This document shows positions 35,819 to 44,887 of a DNA stretch of 64,000 nucleotides, in pieces; within the stretch, counting starts at the first letter, position 1, and each line of letters begins with the position of its first letter. The notes beneath the pieces were generated by a model, which searched no databases, was not told where the DNA came from, and saw only the letters and a program-made list of their open reading frames with translations. Where the stretch lies: positions 1-64,000 of IMG/VR virus record IMGVR_UViG_2786546133_000001; one strand, given 5' to 3'. Position numbers and translations under genes: made by a program. This DNA is from a virus. Lineage: Duplodnaviria; Caudoviricetes.

Positions 35819-37299
35819 CCACGGTCGCCGAGCGGACGGCGCCGGTCGTCACCTTCGAGGCGCGCGGCGCGCACCGCAAGCTGCTGCTGTGCCGGGACAC
35901 CGAGGTCGCCGCCGTAGGCCGGGCCGGCTCGGGGAAGACGCTCGCGGCGTGCTGGAAGCTGCACCTGACGGCACTCAAGGTGCCGAACCTGCGGGCCCTC
36001 ATGCTGCGCGCGACGCACACGAGCCTGACGGCGACGACGCTCGTGTCCTTTCAGCGGTACGTCGCCGCGGCGGCGCTCGCCGACGGCTCGGTCCGCTGGT
36101 TCGGCGGATCGGGCAAGGATCCGGCGGCGTTCCGGTACGCCAACGGCAGTCAGATCCTCGTCGCCGGCGGCGACCGGCCCGAGAAGTTCCTGAGCGCCGA
36201 ACTCGACCGGATCTTCTGTGACGAGGGCGTCGAGATCAGCCTCGACCTGTACGAGACGCTGATCTCCCGTCTGCGCGGCGCGGCGCCGACGTACAAACAG
36301 ATCATGCTCGCGACTAACCCGAGCCACCCGCAGCACTGGATCAAACAGCGCGCCGACGGCGCTCAGCTCACGATGATCACCTCGGGGCACCAGGACAACC
36401 CCGCCTATGTGCGGCCCGACGGCACGTACACCGAGGCCGGCCGCGAGTACATGGAGAAGCTCGACGCGCTGACCGGCGTGCGCCGGGCGCGGCTGAAGGA
36501 CGGGCGTTGGACGAGCGCCGACGGCGCCATCTACGAGGAGTGGGACGACACGGTGCACGTCGTCGACCGCTTCCCCGTGCCCGACGAGTGGCCGCGGATC
36601 TGGGGTGTCGACTTCGGCTTCACGAACCCTTTCACGGTGCAGTGGTACGCGATCGATCCGGACGGCCGGCTGTGGATGTACCGCGAGCTGTATATGACCC
36701 GGCGCACCACGGACGAGCACGCGAGGACGATCCTCGACGCCGTCACCGTCGTCGACGAGGAGACCGGCGAACGCGAGTGGACGGAGCCGAGGCCCGTCGC
36801 GATCGTCTGCGACCACGACGCCGAGGACCGCGCGATCCTGGAGCGCGAGCTGGGGCTCGTCACGACGGCGGCGCACAAGGCGGTGAAGACCGGCATCCAG
36901 GCCGTCAAGGCGCGGCTGCGACCGGCCGGTGACGGACGCCCGCGGTTCTACGTCATGCGGGACACGCTGATCGAGCGGGACGAGCAGCTCGCCGAGGCGA
37001 AGAAACCGATGTGCTTCACGGACGAGGTGCCGGGCTACGTGTGGGCGAAGCCGGCCGCGGCGAAGGTCGGCAGCAAGGCCGAGCCCGAAGAGCCCTTGAA
37101 GGTCGACGACCACGGGATGGACACGGCGCGGTACGTCGTCGCCGAGCTGGATCTCGTCGGCGAGGCGCGTATCCAGTCGCCGACCAGGCGCGGCCCGCAG
37201 CAAGGGCCGGGCGGGCGGGGACGTCCGACGGCGGCCTCACGGTACGGGCGGGTCGTCGGCGGCCCGAACGGCACGGGCGGCGGCGGAGGCCGCCGGTGA
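35815..37299 (+). CDS. Terminase large subunit
   Basis: Walker A GRAGSGKT, Walker B IFCDEG, ATNP, GVDFGFTNP, DHGMDTARY. Confidence 0.93.
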   Translation: MTTVAERTAPVVTFEARGAHRKLLLCRDTEVAAVGRAGSGKTLAACWKLHLTALKVPNLRALMLRATHTSLTATTLVSFQRYVAAAALADGSVRWFGGSGKDPAAFRYANGSQILVAGGDRPEKFLSAELDRIFCDEGVEISLDLYETLISRLRGAAPTYKQIMLATNPSHPQHWIKQRADGAQLTMITSGHQDNPAYVRPDGTYTEAGREYMEKLDALTGVRRARLKDGRWTSADGAIYEEWDDTVHVVDRFPVPDEWPRIWGVDFGFTNPFTVQWYAIDPDGRLWMYRELYMTRRTTDEHARTILDAVTVVDEETGEREWTEPRPVAIVCDHDAEDRAILERELGLVTTAAHKAVKTGIQAVKARLRPAGDGRPRFYVMRDTLIERDEQLAEAKKPMCFTDEVPGYVWAKPAAAKVGSKAEPEEPLKVDDHGMDTARYVVAELDLVGEARIQSPTRRGPQQGPGGRGRPTAASRYGRVVGGPNGTGGGGGRR

Positions 37300-37340
37300 G
37301 CGCGCTCGGCACTCCGCACGCCCGGCGTACCGTCGACGCC

Positions 37341-37616
37341 ATGGATCAGGACGCGCTCGCAGAGAAGTACCTTCACGGCCCGCTCGGCGCCGAGATCCGG
37401 GCCTCGATCGACTGGGCCCGGACCATCAGCTCGTCGGGCGACGTGCACACGCTCGAACTGTTCTTCAACCCCGCCGACGTCGAGGACGTGCCCACGGGCG
37501 CGACCCTGTTCGGGTACCGCGTGTGCCGCTCGATCGGCGTCCCCGTCGGGAAGGTGCTCGTCTTCGACCGCCCGTGGGGCAAGTACATCCGCCGCGGCGT
37601 CTACCCGCAGGCCTGA
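37341..37616 (+). CDS. Hypothetical protein (alternative start GTG 37296)
   Basis: GC3-biased frame after TerL. Confidence 0.65.
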   Translation: MDQDALAEKYLHGPLGAEIRASIDWARTISSSGDVHTLELFFNPADVEDVPTGATLFGYRVCRSIGVPVGKVLVFDRPWGKYIRRGVYPQA

Positions 37617-37623
37617 CGCCGTC

Positions 37624-37833
37624 GTGAGCGAGCGAGAGCTGAGCGACGCCGAGCAGCGCATCCGGGCGTCCATGAGACGCGCGCTCAGGGCGGAGCTGCG
37701 CCGCATGGGGGGCGGCGTGCTCAGGATGCCGCGCCGGTTCCTGGCCGACGACGTGCCGCGGGGTGAGGGGGGTCAGGCGCCGCCGGCCACGGGGTGTGTT
37801 GACCCGCGCCGTCCGGACACTGCATCGGCATGA
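37624..37833 (+). CDS. Hypothetical protein
   Basis: Short ORF continuing the operon; weak support. Confidence 0.35.
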   Translation: MSERELSDAEQRIRASMRRALRAELRRMGGGVLRMPRRFLADDVPRGEGGQAPPATGCVDPRRPDTASA

Positions 37834-37952
37834 CCGGCGGTGCCTGCGCCGTCCCGCCCAGGCCCGAAGCCATCGGCGCGGGGACGACCCGCCGTCGAGC
37901 GGCGGCGCGGTCACGATAGCCCGGCCGTCTCGCCGGGCGCCGCTCCGACGTC

Positions 37953-38240
37953 TCACCGTGAGGCGACCGGCCGCCGACTGCGGGACGCGTACGCCCTCGC
38001 CGTCCAGAGAGATCGCGTCACCGCTGCTCGCCGCAGCCTCGCCCGCCGGTCCGTGCGCCGCTGCTCGGCCTCGGCCGCCTCACGCTCGGCGAACGCGCGC
38101 CCGATGTCCCGCAGCACCTCGCCGGCCAGGTCACGCCGGTCGGGCCCGAACGGTACGCCCGTGAACGCCAGGGAGGGACTCGCGATCCACCCCCGGCGGT
38201 GCAGCCACCGCTTCACCGCGCCCCGTATGCGTGCCCTCAC
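37953..38240 (-). CDS. Hypothetical basic protein (antisense)
   Basis: GGAGGG RBS, GTG at 38240 coupled to upstream stop. Confidence 0.5.
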   Translation of the reverse strand: MRARIRGAVKRWLHRRGWIASPSLAFTGVPFGPDRRDLAGEVLRDIGRAFAEREAAEAEQRRTDRRARLRRAAVTRSLWTARAYASRSRRPVASR

Positions 38241-38467
38241 GTGCGTTCCCTCCGTCGGCGTCGGGGGAGCGTAGCCCGGCCCCGCTGCTCGTCGTGCTCG
38301 TCGGGAATGAACGCCGTCTCGGCCGGCTCGCTGCTGCCGGGCTCGTAGATGAGCAGCTCGACGCCGCCCTCGACCGGCACCTCGACAGCCGACAGCGGCG
38401 GCCCCTCGGGCCCGTACGGCGCCGTCCCCCGCCCGTCCCCGGTGCGACGCCCGCAACAGGTGTTCAT
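38237..38467 (-). CDS. Hypothetical protein (antisense)
   Basis: ATG at 38467; MNTCCGRR...ELLIYEP. Confidence 0.5.
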   Translation of the reverse strand: MNTCCGRRTGDGRGTAPYGPEGPPLSAVEVPVEGGVELLIYEPGSSEPAETAFIPDEHDEQRGRATLPRRRRRERT

Positions 38468-38544
38468 GACACGACGGTAGGGGCGAGCGCTGACACACGC
38501 CCCCGAAATAGGACAACGCACCAGACCGCGCGCACCCTGCGTGC

Positions 38545-38573
38545 ACACTGTGCGCAGTGGCGCGCAGTATCCT
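38545..38573 (+). promoter_or_regulatory. Putative head-operon promoter with GCGCAGT repeats
   Basis: GCGCAGTGGC/GCGCAGTATC overlapping -10 TATCCT. Confidence 0.5.
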
Positions 38574-38615
38574 GACCGCCGTCCGTGACCTGGGGATCTT
38601 GACGGAGGCGGCCCT

Positions 38616-38948
38616 GTGATCTCTCTGCCCGTGCTCGCACTGCTCGGCTTCGCCGCCTACAGGGCGACTCAGCTCGTCGTGCATGACACGATCCTCGACC
38701 CCGCCCGGCAGGCGCTCGCCGCCTGGCACGTGAAGAAGCTCGACAGCCGCCCGCGCGCCTTCGTGATGAAGCTGATCAGCTGCGTCTACTGCGCCGGTTA
38801 CTGGCTGTCGGGCGTGACGCTGCTCGTCTACCTGCTCGCCGCCGACGCATGGGGCGACGCCCCGTGGATCGTCCACGGGATCGAGTGGTTCGCCGTCGCC
38901 GGGGTGCAGGCCCTCCTCAACCGGCGCGACGACTCGTGGGACGTGTGA
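38616..38948 (+). CDS. DUF1360-like membrane protein
   Basis: AAYRATQLVVHDTILDPAR...LISCVYCAGYW; GGAGG RBS. Confidence 0.75.
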   Translation: MISLPVLALLGFAAYRATQLVVHDTILDPARQALAAWHVKKLDSRPRAFVMKLISCVYCAGYWLSGVTLLVYLLAADAWGDAPWIVHGIEWFAVAGVQALLNRRDDSWDV

Positions 38949-38951
38949 CCC

Positions 38952-40688
38952 GTGGTGCGCCGCGAACTCACCGCCGCCGCCTCCCGCTACACGAAGAAGA
39001 TCGCCAGTAGCCGCGTCCGGAAGCCCGACTCGTCGTGGCAGGCCGAGGGCTGGTCGTTCTACGACGTCGTGCCCGAGGTGCGGTTCGCCGCGACCTGGGT
39101 CGGCGGCGCCATGTCCGGCGCGACGCTGTTCGCCGGGCGCCGCGGCGACGACGGCACGATCGAGCGTGCGCCCGACGACCACCCGGCGACCGAGATCGTC
39201 CGGCAGATCGCCGGCGGCCCCGACGGGCAGTCGGGCATGCTCGGCGACTTCGGCCCTCACCTCGTCGTCGCCGGCGAGGGCTGGATCGTCATTCGGCCCA
39301 CCACCGACAAGGCGACCGGCGCCGTCACCGGCTACGAGTGGCGCGTCCTGTCCACGTCCGAGGTGCAGCAGCAGAACGGCAAGCTGACCGTCGAACTCGA
39401 CGGCGAGCCGGTCGACCTGCCCGCGTACGACGAGGACAACCCCGACGAGTCCGCGCCGATAGCGATCCGCGTGTGGAAGCCGCACCCGCGCCGCCACATC
39501 GAGGCCGACAGCCCCGTCCGCTCCAGCCTCGTCCTGCTCGAAGAGCTCCAGCTGTTGAACGCCGCCGTCGCGGCGATCGCCCGGAGCCGGCTGACCGGCC
39601 GGGGCGTGCTGCTCGTGCCGAAGGGGACGCGCTTCCCGACGCCGCCCGGCGCGCGCAACGACGCCGAGGACGACGTGATCGACGTGTTCATGGAGGTCGC
39701 CGCGACGGCGATCCGTGAACCGGAGTCCGCCGCGGCGACCGTCCCGATCGTGCTGGAGGTCCCGGCCGAAGCGATCGGCTCTATCAAGTGGCTGACGTTC
39801 GAGTCCGACTTCGACGAACTCGCCCTCAGGTTGCGCGACGAGGCGATCCGCCGGTTCGCGACCGGCCTCGAAGTCCCGGCAGAGATCTTGTTGGGCCTGT
39901 CCGATTCGAACCACTGGAACAGCTGGCTGATCGCGGGTGAGGCGATCCGACTCGGCGTCGAACCGCGGCTCGCCGTCATCGCGTACGCCCTCACCACGCA
40001 GTGGCTGCGCCCGCTGCTCGAAGCCCAAGGCGTCGACGACGCCGAGGACTGGCTCGTCTGGTACGACACGAGCGCTCTGAGGGCCTCCAGCAACCGCGCA
40101 CAGACCGCGCTCGAAGCGTTCCAGCTCGGGCTGATCTCCGGTGAGGCCGCCCGCCGCGAAACCGGGTTCACCGAGGACGACCGGCCTGGCGCCACCGACC
40201 CCAACGGCGCGCAGCAGCCCGCCGACACGACGCAGACGGAGGAACCCAGCAACGTGACGACCCTGCCCGTGGCCGAGTCCCCCAGCATTCCCGACACCCT
40301 GCCCGCCTCCGCCGTGCCCGACCTGCCGGCCGAGATCCTCGCCGCCGTCGACGGGCTGATCTGGAACGCCCTCTACGCGGCGGGGACCCGGCTGCGGAAC
40401 CGGCCCGCTTGCCCCCGCTCCGAGCGTGCGCACGCCCGCAGCATCGTCCCCACCGACCTGCACACCACGTACGCCGTCGACGCCGAGCAGATCGACGAGT
40501 GGCGCCTCCTCGAAGGCGCGTGGGTCCGCGTGCCCGAGATCGCCGCCCGCTACGGCCTCGACCCCGACTGCCTCACGTCCGCGCTCGACGAGTACGCCCG
40601 CGCGCTGATCGCCGCCCGTACCCCGTTCACGTTCGACGACGTGCCCCGGCTGCTGCGCATGTCCGCCTGCAAGGCAGACGCGGCATGA
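38952..40688 (+). CDS. Portal protein
   Basis: 578 aa between TerL and MuF; WQAEGW..YD.VPE.RF, P.EILLG....NHW. Confidence 0.8.
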   Translation: MVRRELTAAASRYTKKIASSRVRKPDSSWQAEGWSFYDVVPEVRFAATWVGGAMSGATLFAGRRGDDGTIERAPDDHPATEIVRQIAGGPDGQSGMLGDFGPHLVVAGEGWIVIRPTTDKATGAVTGYEWRVLSTSEVQQQNGKLTVELDGEPVDLPAYDEDNPDESAPIAIRVWKPHPRRHIEADSPVRSSLVLLEELQLLNAAVAAIARSRLTGRGVLLVPKGTRFPTPPGARNDAEDDVIDVFMEVAATAIREPESAAATVPIVLEVPAEAIGSIKWLTFESDFDELALRLRDEAIRRFATGLEVPAEILLGLSDSNHWNSWLIAGEAIRLGVEPRLAVIAYALTTQWLRPLLEAQGVDDAEDWLVWYDTSALRASSNRAQTALEAFQLGLISGEAARRETGFTEDDRPGATDPNGAQQPADTTQTEEPSNVTTLPVAESPSIPDTLPASAVPDLPAEILAAVDGLIWNALYAAGTRLRNRPACPRSERAHARSIVPTDLHTTYAVDAEQIDEWRLLEGAWVRVPEIAARYGLDPDCLTSALDEYARALIAARTPFTFDDVPRLLRMSACKADAA

Positions 40689-40915
40689 CCGGCCCGCAGA
40701 CGCCCGGCACGCCGCCCCAGCGCCCGCGTGCCGTCCTCGCACGCCTCGACGTCGGCAACCTCCGCGAAGACCTGTGGTGTGCCGACTGCAAGGCGCTGAG
40801 CGGCTTCGCCGTCGATGTGCTCGCCATGCACGACGGCGGCGTGACCGTCGTCGGCACCGTGACCGGCTGCTCGATCTGCATGGACGCCGACCCTCCGGGG
40901 GTGGGCCGTGGCTGA
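40685..40915 (+). CDS. Small zinc-ribbon protein
   Basis: ATGA coupling; CADC...CSIC. Confidence 0.65.
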   Translation: MTGPQTPGTPPQRPRAVLARLDVGNLREDLWCADCKALSGFAVDVLAMHDGGVTVVGTVTGCSICMDADPPGVGRG

Positions 40916-43900
40916 CACCGTGGACCAGGCGCTCGCCGACGCCGAGCGCGACGTCGCCGACGAGGTGCGCGCCGTCCTCGACGAACTCGCCGACGACATC
41001 GCCGCCGGCCTGGCGGACGCGACCGAGATCGTCGCCGCCCGCTGGTCGCTGTCTCGCATCGCCGGCATGTGGAGCGCGAAGGTGCCCCGCATCATGCGCC
41101 GGCTGTTCCGCGTCGCCGAGACGGCCGGCGAGCAGGCCGCGAACGACGTCGACGCCACGTTGCCCGACACGTGGGACGGCCTGCCCGGCCGGTACGACCG
41201 CGGCGACCTCCCGGCGTCGCTCGGCGACTACGCCACCAGCACAGAGCACCTGTTGCGCGCCGTCGGCGACCGGCTCACCGAAGCCGCGGTCGCCGCGCTC
41301 GCCGAGGGCCTCGACGCAGGCGAGGACACCGCCCAGCTCCGCGCCCGGCTGCGTGCCCTGTTCGCCGCCGACGGCGCCCAGCTCGGCGAGTCCCGCGAGG
41401 AGCTGATCGCCCGGACCGAAGCCGTGCGCGCGTGGAATGGGGCGACGCTCGCCGCCGCGCAGGACCTGACGGGCGCGGACCGGCCGCTCGTCAAGCAGTG
41501 GCGCACCCGCGGCGACACCCGCGTCCGCGACAGCCACCGCAAGGTGGACGGCTTCGTGCGGCTGCTCGACGACCCGTTCACCGTCGGCGGCGTCGACATG
41601 CAGTACCCCGGCGACCCGGCCGCGCCCGCCGACCAGGTCTGCAACTGCCGCTGTGTCCTGCGATTGCAGCGCGCCGAAGCGTCGGCGTCCGCAGGAAGTC
41701 AGGCGGGCCTCGGAGACGAATCTTCGAATCAAGGGCAGGCGACTGCCGCGGCTGACGGGAGCCACCTCATGGGCGGCATGATCGCGCTCATCCCCACCCG
41801 CGAGGACGCCGAGCGTCTCGCCCTCGACGGCGGCGAGGCCGCCGACGAACTGCACTGCACGCTGATGTTCCTCGGCGACCAGGGCGGCGACTGGACCACC
41901 GACCAGCGAAACGAACTGATCGCTGGTATCCGCGCGCGCTTCGCCGCGCTGCCCGGCCCCATCGACGCCCGCCTGTTCGGCGTCAACCACTGGAACCCCG
42001 GCGAGAACGGCGTATGGGTGTGGGCGACCGGCGACGACAGCCCCGCCTACCCGGCGCTGCCCGACGCCCGCGCGCTCGCCGTCGAGGCGCTGGAAGACAC
42101 CCACGAGCGCCCCGAGGTGCCCGAGCAGCATTCGCCCTGGGTCGCCCACGTCACGGGCGCGTACGACGCCGGTACGTGGCCTCTCGACCCGATGTGCGAG
42201 CGCCTCGGCCCGGTCCGGTTCGACCGCGTCCGCGTCGCGTTCGGCGGCGAGCACACGGACATCCCGCTCGGCCCCGAGGAGGAGCCCATGCCCGATACCA
42301 GCGCCGCGGCGTACGAGCCGCCCGTCCGCACCTGGTCCACGCCCGACGGCACCGCCCTTGCCTACGAGAACCAGGAGACCGGCGACGGCCGCGTGTTCGC
42401 CGCCGGCTCCCTGTACTGGGACGGCGCCGGCCCGTGGCCGCTCCAGTACGCCGACGAGATGGGCATGGGCCACGACGGCGCCGAACTCGCGGGCGCGATC
42501 CAGGCCATGAACCGCAACGGCGACCGGCTGACCGGTAACGGCGTGCTGTACCTGACGCAGCAAGCCGGCTGGGAGGCGTCGACGCTGCTCGACCAGAAGG
42601 CGCCGCTCGGCGTGTCCGTCGACCTCGATGACGTCAGTGTCGAGCTCGTCGACAACACCGCCCCGGCCGACGGGCAGCCGGCCGACGGCGGCGACGGGGG
42701 CGACGGCGCGCCGGTCCTCGCGTCCGCGACATACGCCCGCGCCTCCGTGCTGCGGCTCGGCGACGACGGATGGGTGATCACCGCGAGCAGCGCGATCGAG
42801 ACGACCGCCTCGGCCGCCGCCCTCACCCGCGCCGTGCAGACCGTGCAGGTCATCTCTGGGCCAGGCGGCCGCATCCCCGCCGACACGGCGCGCGCCCTGT
42901 TCCCCGGCGCGCTGACGGCCGCCGCCGGCGACGCCGACAACCCGGACGGCGGGGTCGTCGTCCACGCCGAGAACGCAGGCGACTACCTGGTCCGCATCAC
43001 CCGCGCCCGTGTCCGCGGCGCGACGCTCGTCGCGATGCCCGCCTACGACAAGGCGCGCATCGTCATCGACCCCGAGCAGGTCCCCGAGGGCGAGCCGACG
43101 CAGGCGCCCGCCGAGGACGTCGCTGCGGCGGCCGGCTCCGACCTCACGCGGGTCGTCGCGCACGTCTGCGGCGCCCCGACGCCGGTCAGCGCCCGCGACG
43201 TCGCCGCCGCGCTCGGCCTCACCCTGTCGACGACGAAGCGGCACCTGCGCGCCGCCGTCCGTGACGAGCGGATCGTCCGCCTCGGGCGCGGCCTGTACGC
43301 CGCCCCGTCGACGATCCCCGAAGGCGACGTGTCGGCCGCCGCGACCGACGACCAGGCGACCGGCGAGCAGCCCACCGGCCACAACAGCGACGACGGCGAC
43401 CACGGCCACGGCCACGGCATGACCGAACTGGAGGCGTCCGCCTGGACCGCCATGCGCGCCGCGCCGCCGATGCCCGCCGCCTGGTTCCGCGAGCCCACCG
43501 AGGAGGAACTGCCGCCCGGCAGCGGCGGCGTGCACTTCGCGGACGGCCGGATCTGGGGATGGGTCGCACAGGCCGGTGTCCCGCACGCCACGCACGGCCG
43601 GAAGGTCACGATCGAGAAGCTCGCCGCGAACGACGGGCTGGACCTGTCGCACTTCCTGCGCGCCCGGTTCACCCTCGACGACGGCAGCGAGGTCCGCGCC
43701 GGCGCCTTCACGATGAACGTCGGCCACCACCGCGACGGCTACGAATGCGAGACGGCAGCCTGCCAGTTCGACGACTCGCGGACCGTCGCCGGGATCGTCA
43801 CGGTCGGCATGAGCGAGGGCGGCCTGTGGTTCAGCGGCGCGGCGTCGCCGTGGCTCGGCGAGTGGGATCTGAACGTCTTCCGCTCGTGTCAGCCGAGCTA

Positions 43901-44297
43901 CCACATGACGCAGGGGCCCGACGGCCGTTGGCAGCTCCGCGCGGTCCTGTCCGTGCCCGTGCCCGGCCACTCGTCGCCGCTGCTCGCGTCCGCCGTCGTC
44001 GAGCGGTCGAACCTCGCGCTGACGGCCGCCGCCGCCCTGGCCGACGTCGCCGAGCCGGCCGCGCCGGTCGACGAGCCTGAGCCCGAGCACGCGCGCGCCG
44101 ACGACGCCTCGCCGGTCGTCGAGCAGCTCACGGCGGCATTCCTCACCCCGACGTTCCTCGACACCTTCGCCGCTGCACTGGAGGAGCGGCAGCAGCAGCG
44201 CGCCGAGGTGCGCGCAGAGGTCGAGGCACTCGCGGCCCTGGTCGAACCGGGCGCCGCGATCACCGCAAGCGCTGCACCGCAGCAGGAAGGACGCTGA
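40908..44297 (+). CDS. MuF-like minor head protein fused to 2H phosphoesterase, protease-like domains and an HTH
   Basis: IARTE...KQW....D.RVRDSH...YPGDP...NCRC; HCTL...HVT; GH...GVSVD...GATLVAMPA. Confidence 0.8.
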   Translation: MADTVDQALADAERDVADEVRAVLDELADDIAAGLADATEIVAARWSLSRIAGMWSAKVPRIMRRLFRVAETAGEQAANDVDATLPDTWDGLPGRYDRGDLPASLGDYATSTEHLLRAVGDRLTEAAVAALAEGLDAGEDTAQLRARLRALFAADGAQLGESREELIARTEAVRAWNGATLAAAQDLTGADRPLVKQWRTRGDTRVRDSHRKVDGFVRLLDDPFTVGGVDMQYPGDPAAPADQVCNCRCVLRLQRAEASASAGSQAGLGDESSNQGQATAAADGSHLMGGMIALIPTREDAERLALDGGEAADELHCTLMFLGDQGGDWTTDQRNELIAGIRARFAALPGPIDARLFGVNHWNPGENGVWVWATGDDSPAYPALPDARALAVEALEDTHERPEVPEQHSPWVAHVTGAYDAGTWPLDPMCERLGPVRFDRVRVAFGGEHTDIPLGPEEEPMPDTSAAAYEPPVRTWSTPDGTALAYENQETGDGRVFAAGSLYWDGAGPWPLQYADEMGMGHDGAELAGAIQAMNRNGDRLTGNGVLYLTQQAGWEASTLLDQKAPLGVSVDLDDVSVELVDNTAPADGQPADGGDGGDGAPVLASATYARASVLRLGDDGWVITASSAIETTASAAALTRAVQTVQVISGPGGRIPADTARALFPGALTAAAGDADNPDGGVVVHAENAGDYLVRITRARVRGATLVAMPAYDKARIVIDPEQVPEGEPTQAPAEDVAAAAGSDLTRVVAHVCGAPTPVSARDVAAALGLTLSTTKRHLRAAVRDERIVRLGRGLYAAPSTIPEGDVSAAATDDQATGEQPTGHNSDDGDHGHGHGMTELEASAWTAMRAAPPMPAAWFREPTEEELPPGSGGVHFADGRIWGWVAQAGVPHATHGRKVTIEKLAANDGLDLSHFLRARFTLDDGSEVRAGAFTMNVGHHRDGYECETAACQFDDSRTVAGIVTVGMSEGGLWFSGAASPWLGEWDLNVFRSCQPSYHMTQGPDGRWQLRAVLSVPVPGHSSPLLASAVVERSNLALTAAAALADVAEPAAPVDEPEPEHARADDASPVVEQLTAAFLTPTFLDTFAAALEERQQQRAEVRAEVEALAALVEPGAAITASAAPQQEGR

Positions 44298-44300
44298 ACT

Positions 44301-44453
44301 GTGGGATGCAACTGCAAGAACAAGACTCAGTACGAGGTCGTCAACAGCGAAGGGACGGTCGTGTTCGGGCCGACGCCGTACAAGACGACCGCCGACGCCA
44401 TGGCGACCCGGCACCAGGGCACCGTGCGCGAGGTCGCGAAGGACGGCGGCTGA
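44301..44453 (+). CDS. Small protein MGCNCK... (50 aa, not in ORF track)
   Basis: GTG start, TGATG coupling to next gene. Confidence 0.7.
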   Translation: MGCNCKNKTQYEVVNSEGTVVFGPTPYKTTADAMATRHQGTVREVAKDGG

Positions 44454-44755
44454 TGGCGTGCGGATCGTGCGGCAGCCGCACCGTGGCCCGCAGCACGGGC
44501 ACCGGCAGCGCTCCCGTGCGCACCCTGTATCAGGTCGTCCTCGACGGCGGTAAGGGCCGTACGGCGTTCCAGACGCACGACGTCAACCTTGCCCGGACCG
44601 TCCGGGGCAACTACCCGGGCAGCGTGCTCGTCCCGGACCCCGACGCCGACACCGGCGCCCCGACGATGACGGCGGACGAGCCGGTCGACGAGCAGACCGC
44701 CGCCGACGACGCCCAGACGCCCGCTGACGAGCCCGAAGGCACCGCCGGGCCCTGA
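44453..44755 (+). CDS. Small protein MACGSCG...
   Basis: TGATG coupling; YQVV motif resembles preceding gene. Confidence 0.7.
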   Translation: MACGSCGSRTVARSTGTGSAPVRTLYQVVLDGGKGRTAFQTHDVNLARTVRGNYPGSVLVPDPDADTGAPTMTADEPVDEQTAADDAQTPADEPEGTAGP

Positions 44756-44823
44756 GCGACGGACTACCCTTTTCCAACGCCGTACGGGCGGACGTGAGAC
44801 CTTTCACCCCCCGCCCGTACAGC

Positions 44824-44887
44824 TAAGATTCCTTTCGACCGCTGGTTATGGGCCGGGTCTCCTTGAGTCACAGGAGACGCGGTCATG
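44824..44887 (+). promoter_or_regulatory. Late leader element copy 2
   Basis: TAAGAT at 44824; CTGGTTATGGGCCGGG at 44842-44857; GTCTCCT/AGGAGAC and GGCCG/CGGTC stems hide RBS up to ATG 44885. Confidence 0.8.

Noticed and set aside
37953-44414. 2153-aa minus-strand ORF and other long antisense ORFs (e.g. 16284-19097, 12727-15084, 60713-63067)
   Set aside because: Shadows of GC3-biased plus-strand genes; Arg/Gly/Ala-rich with no motifs. Only the last ~95 codons (37953-38240) look real.
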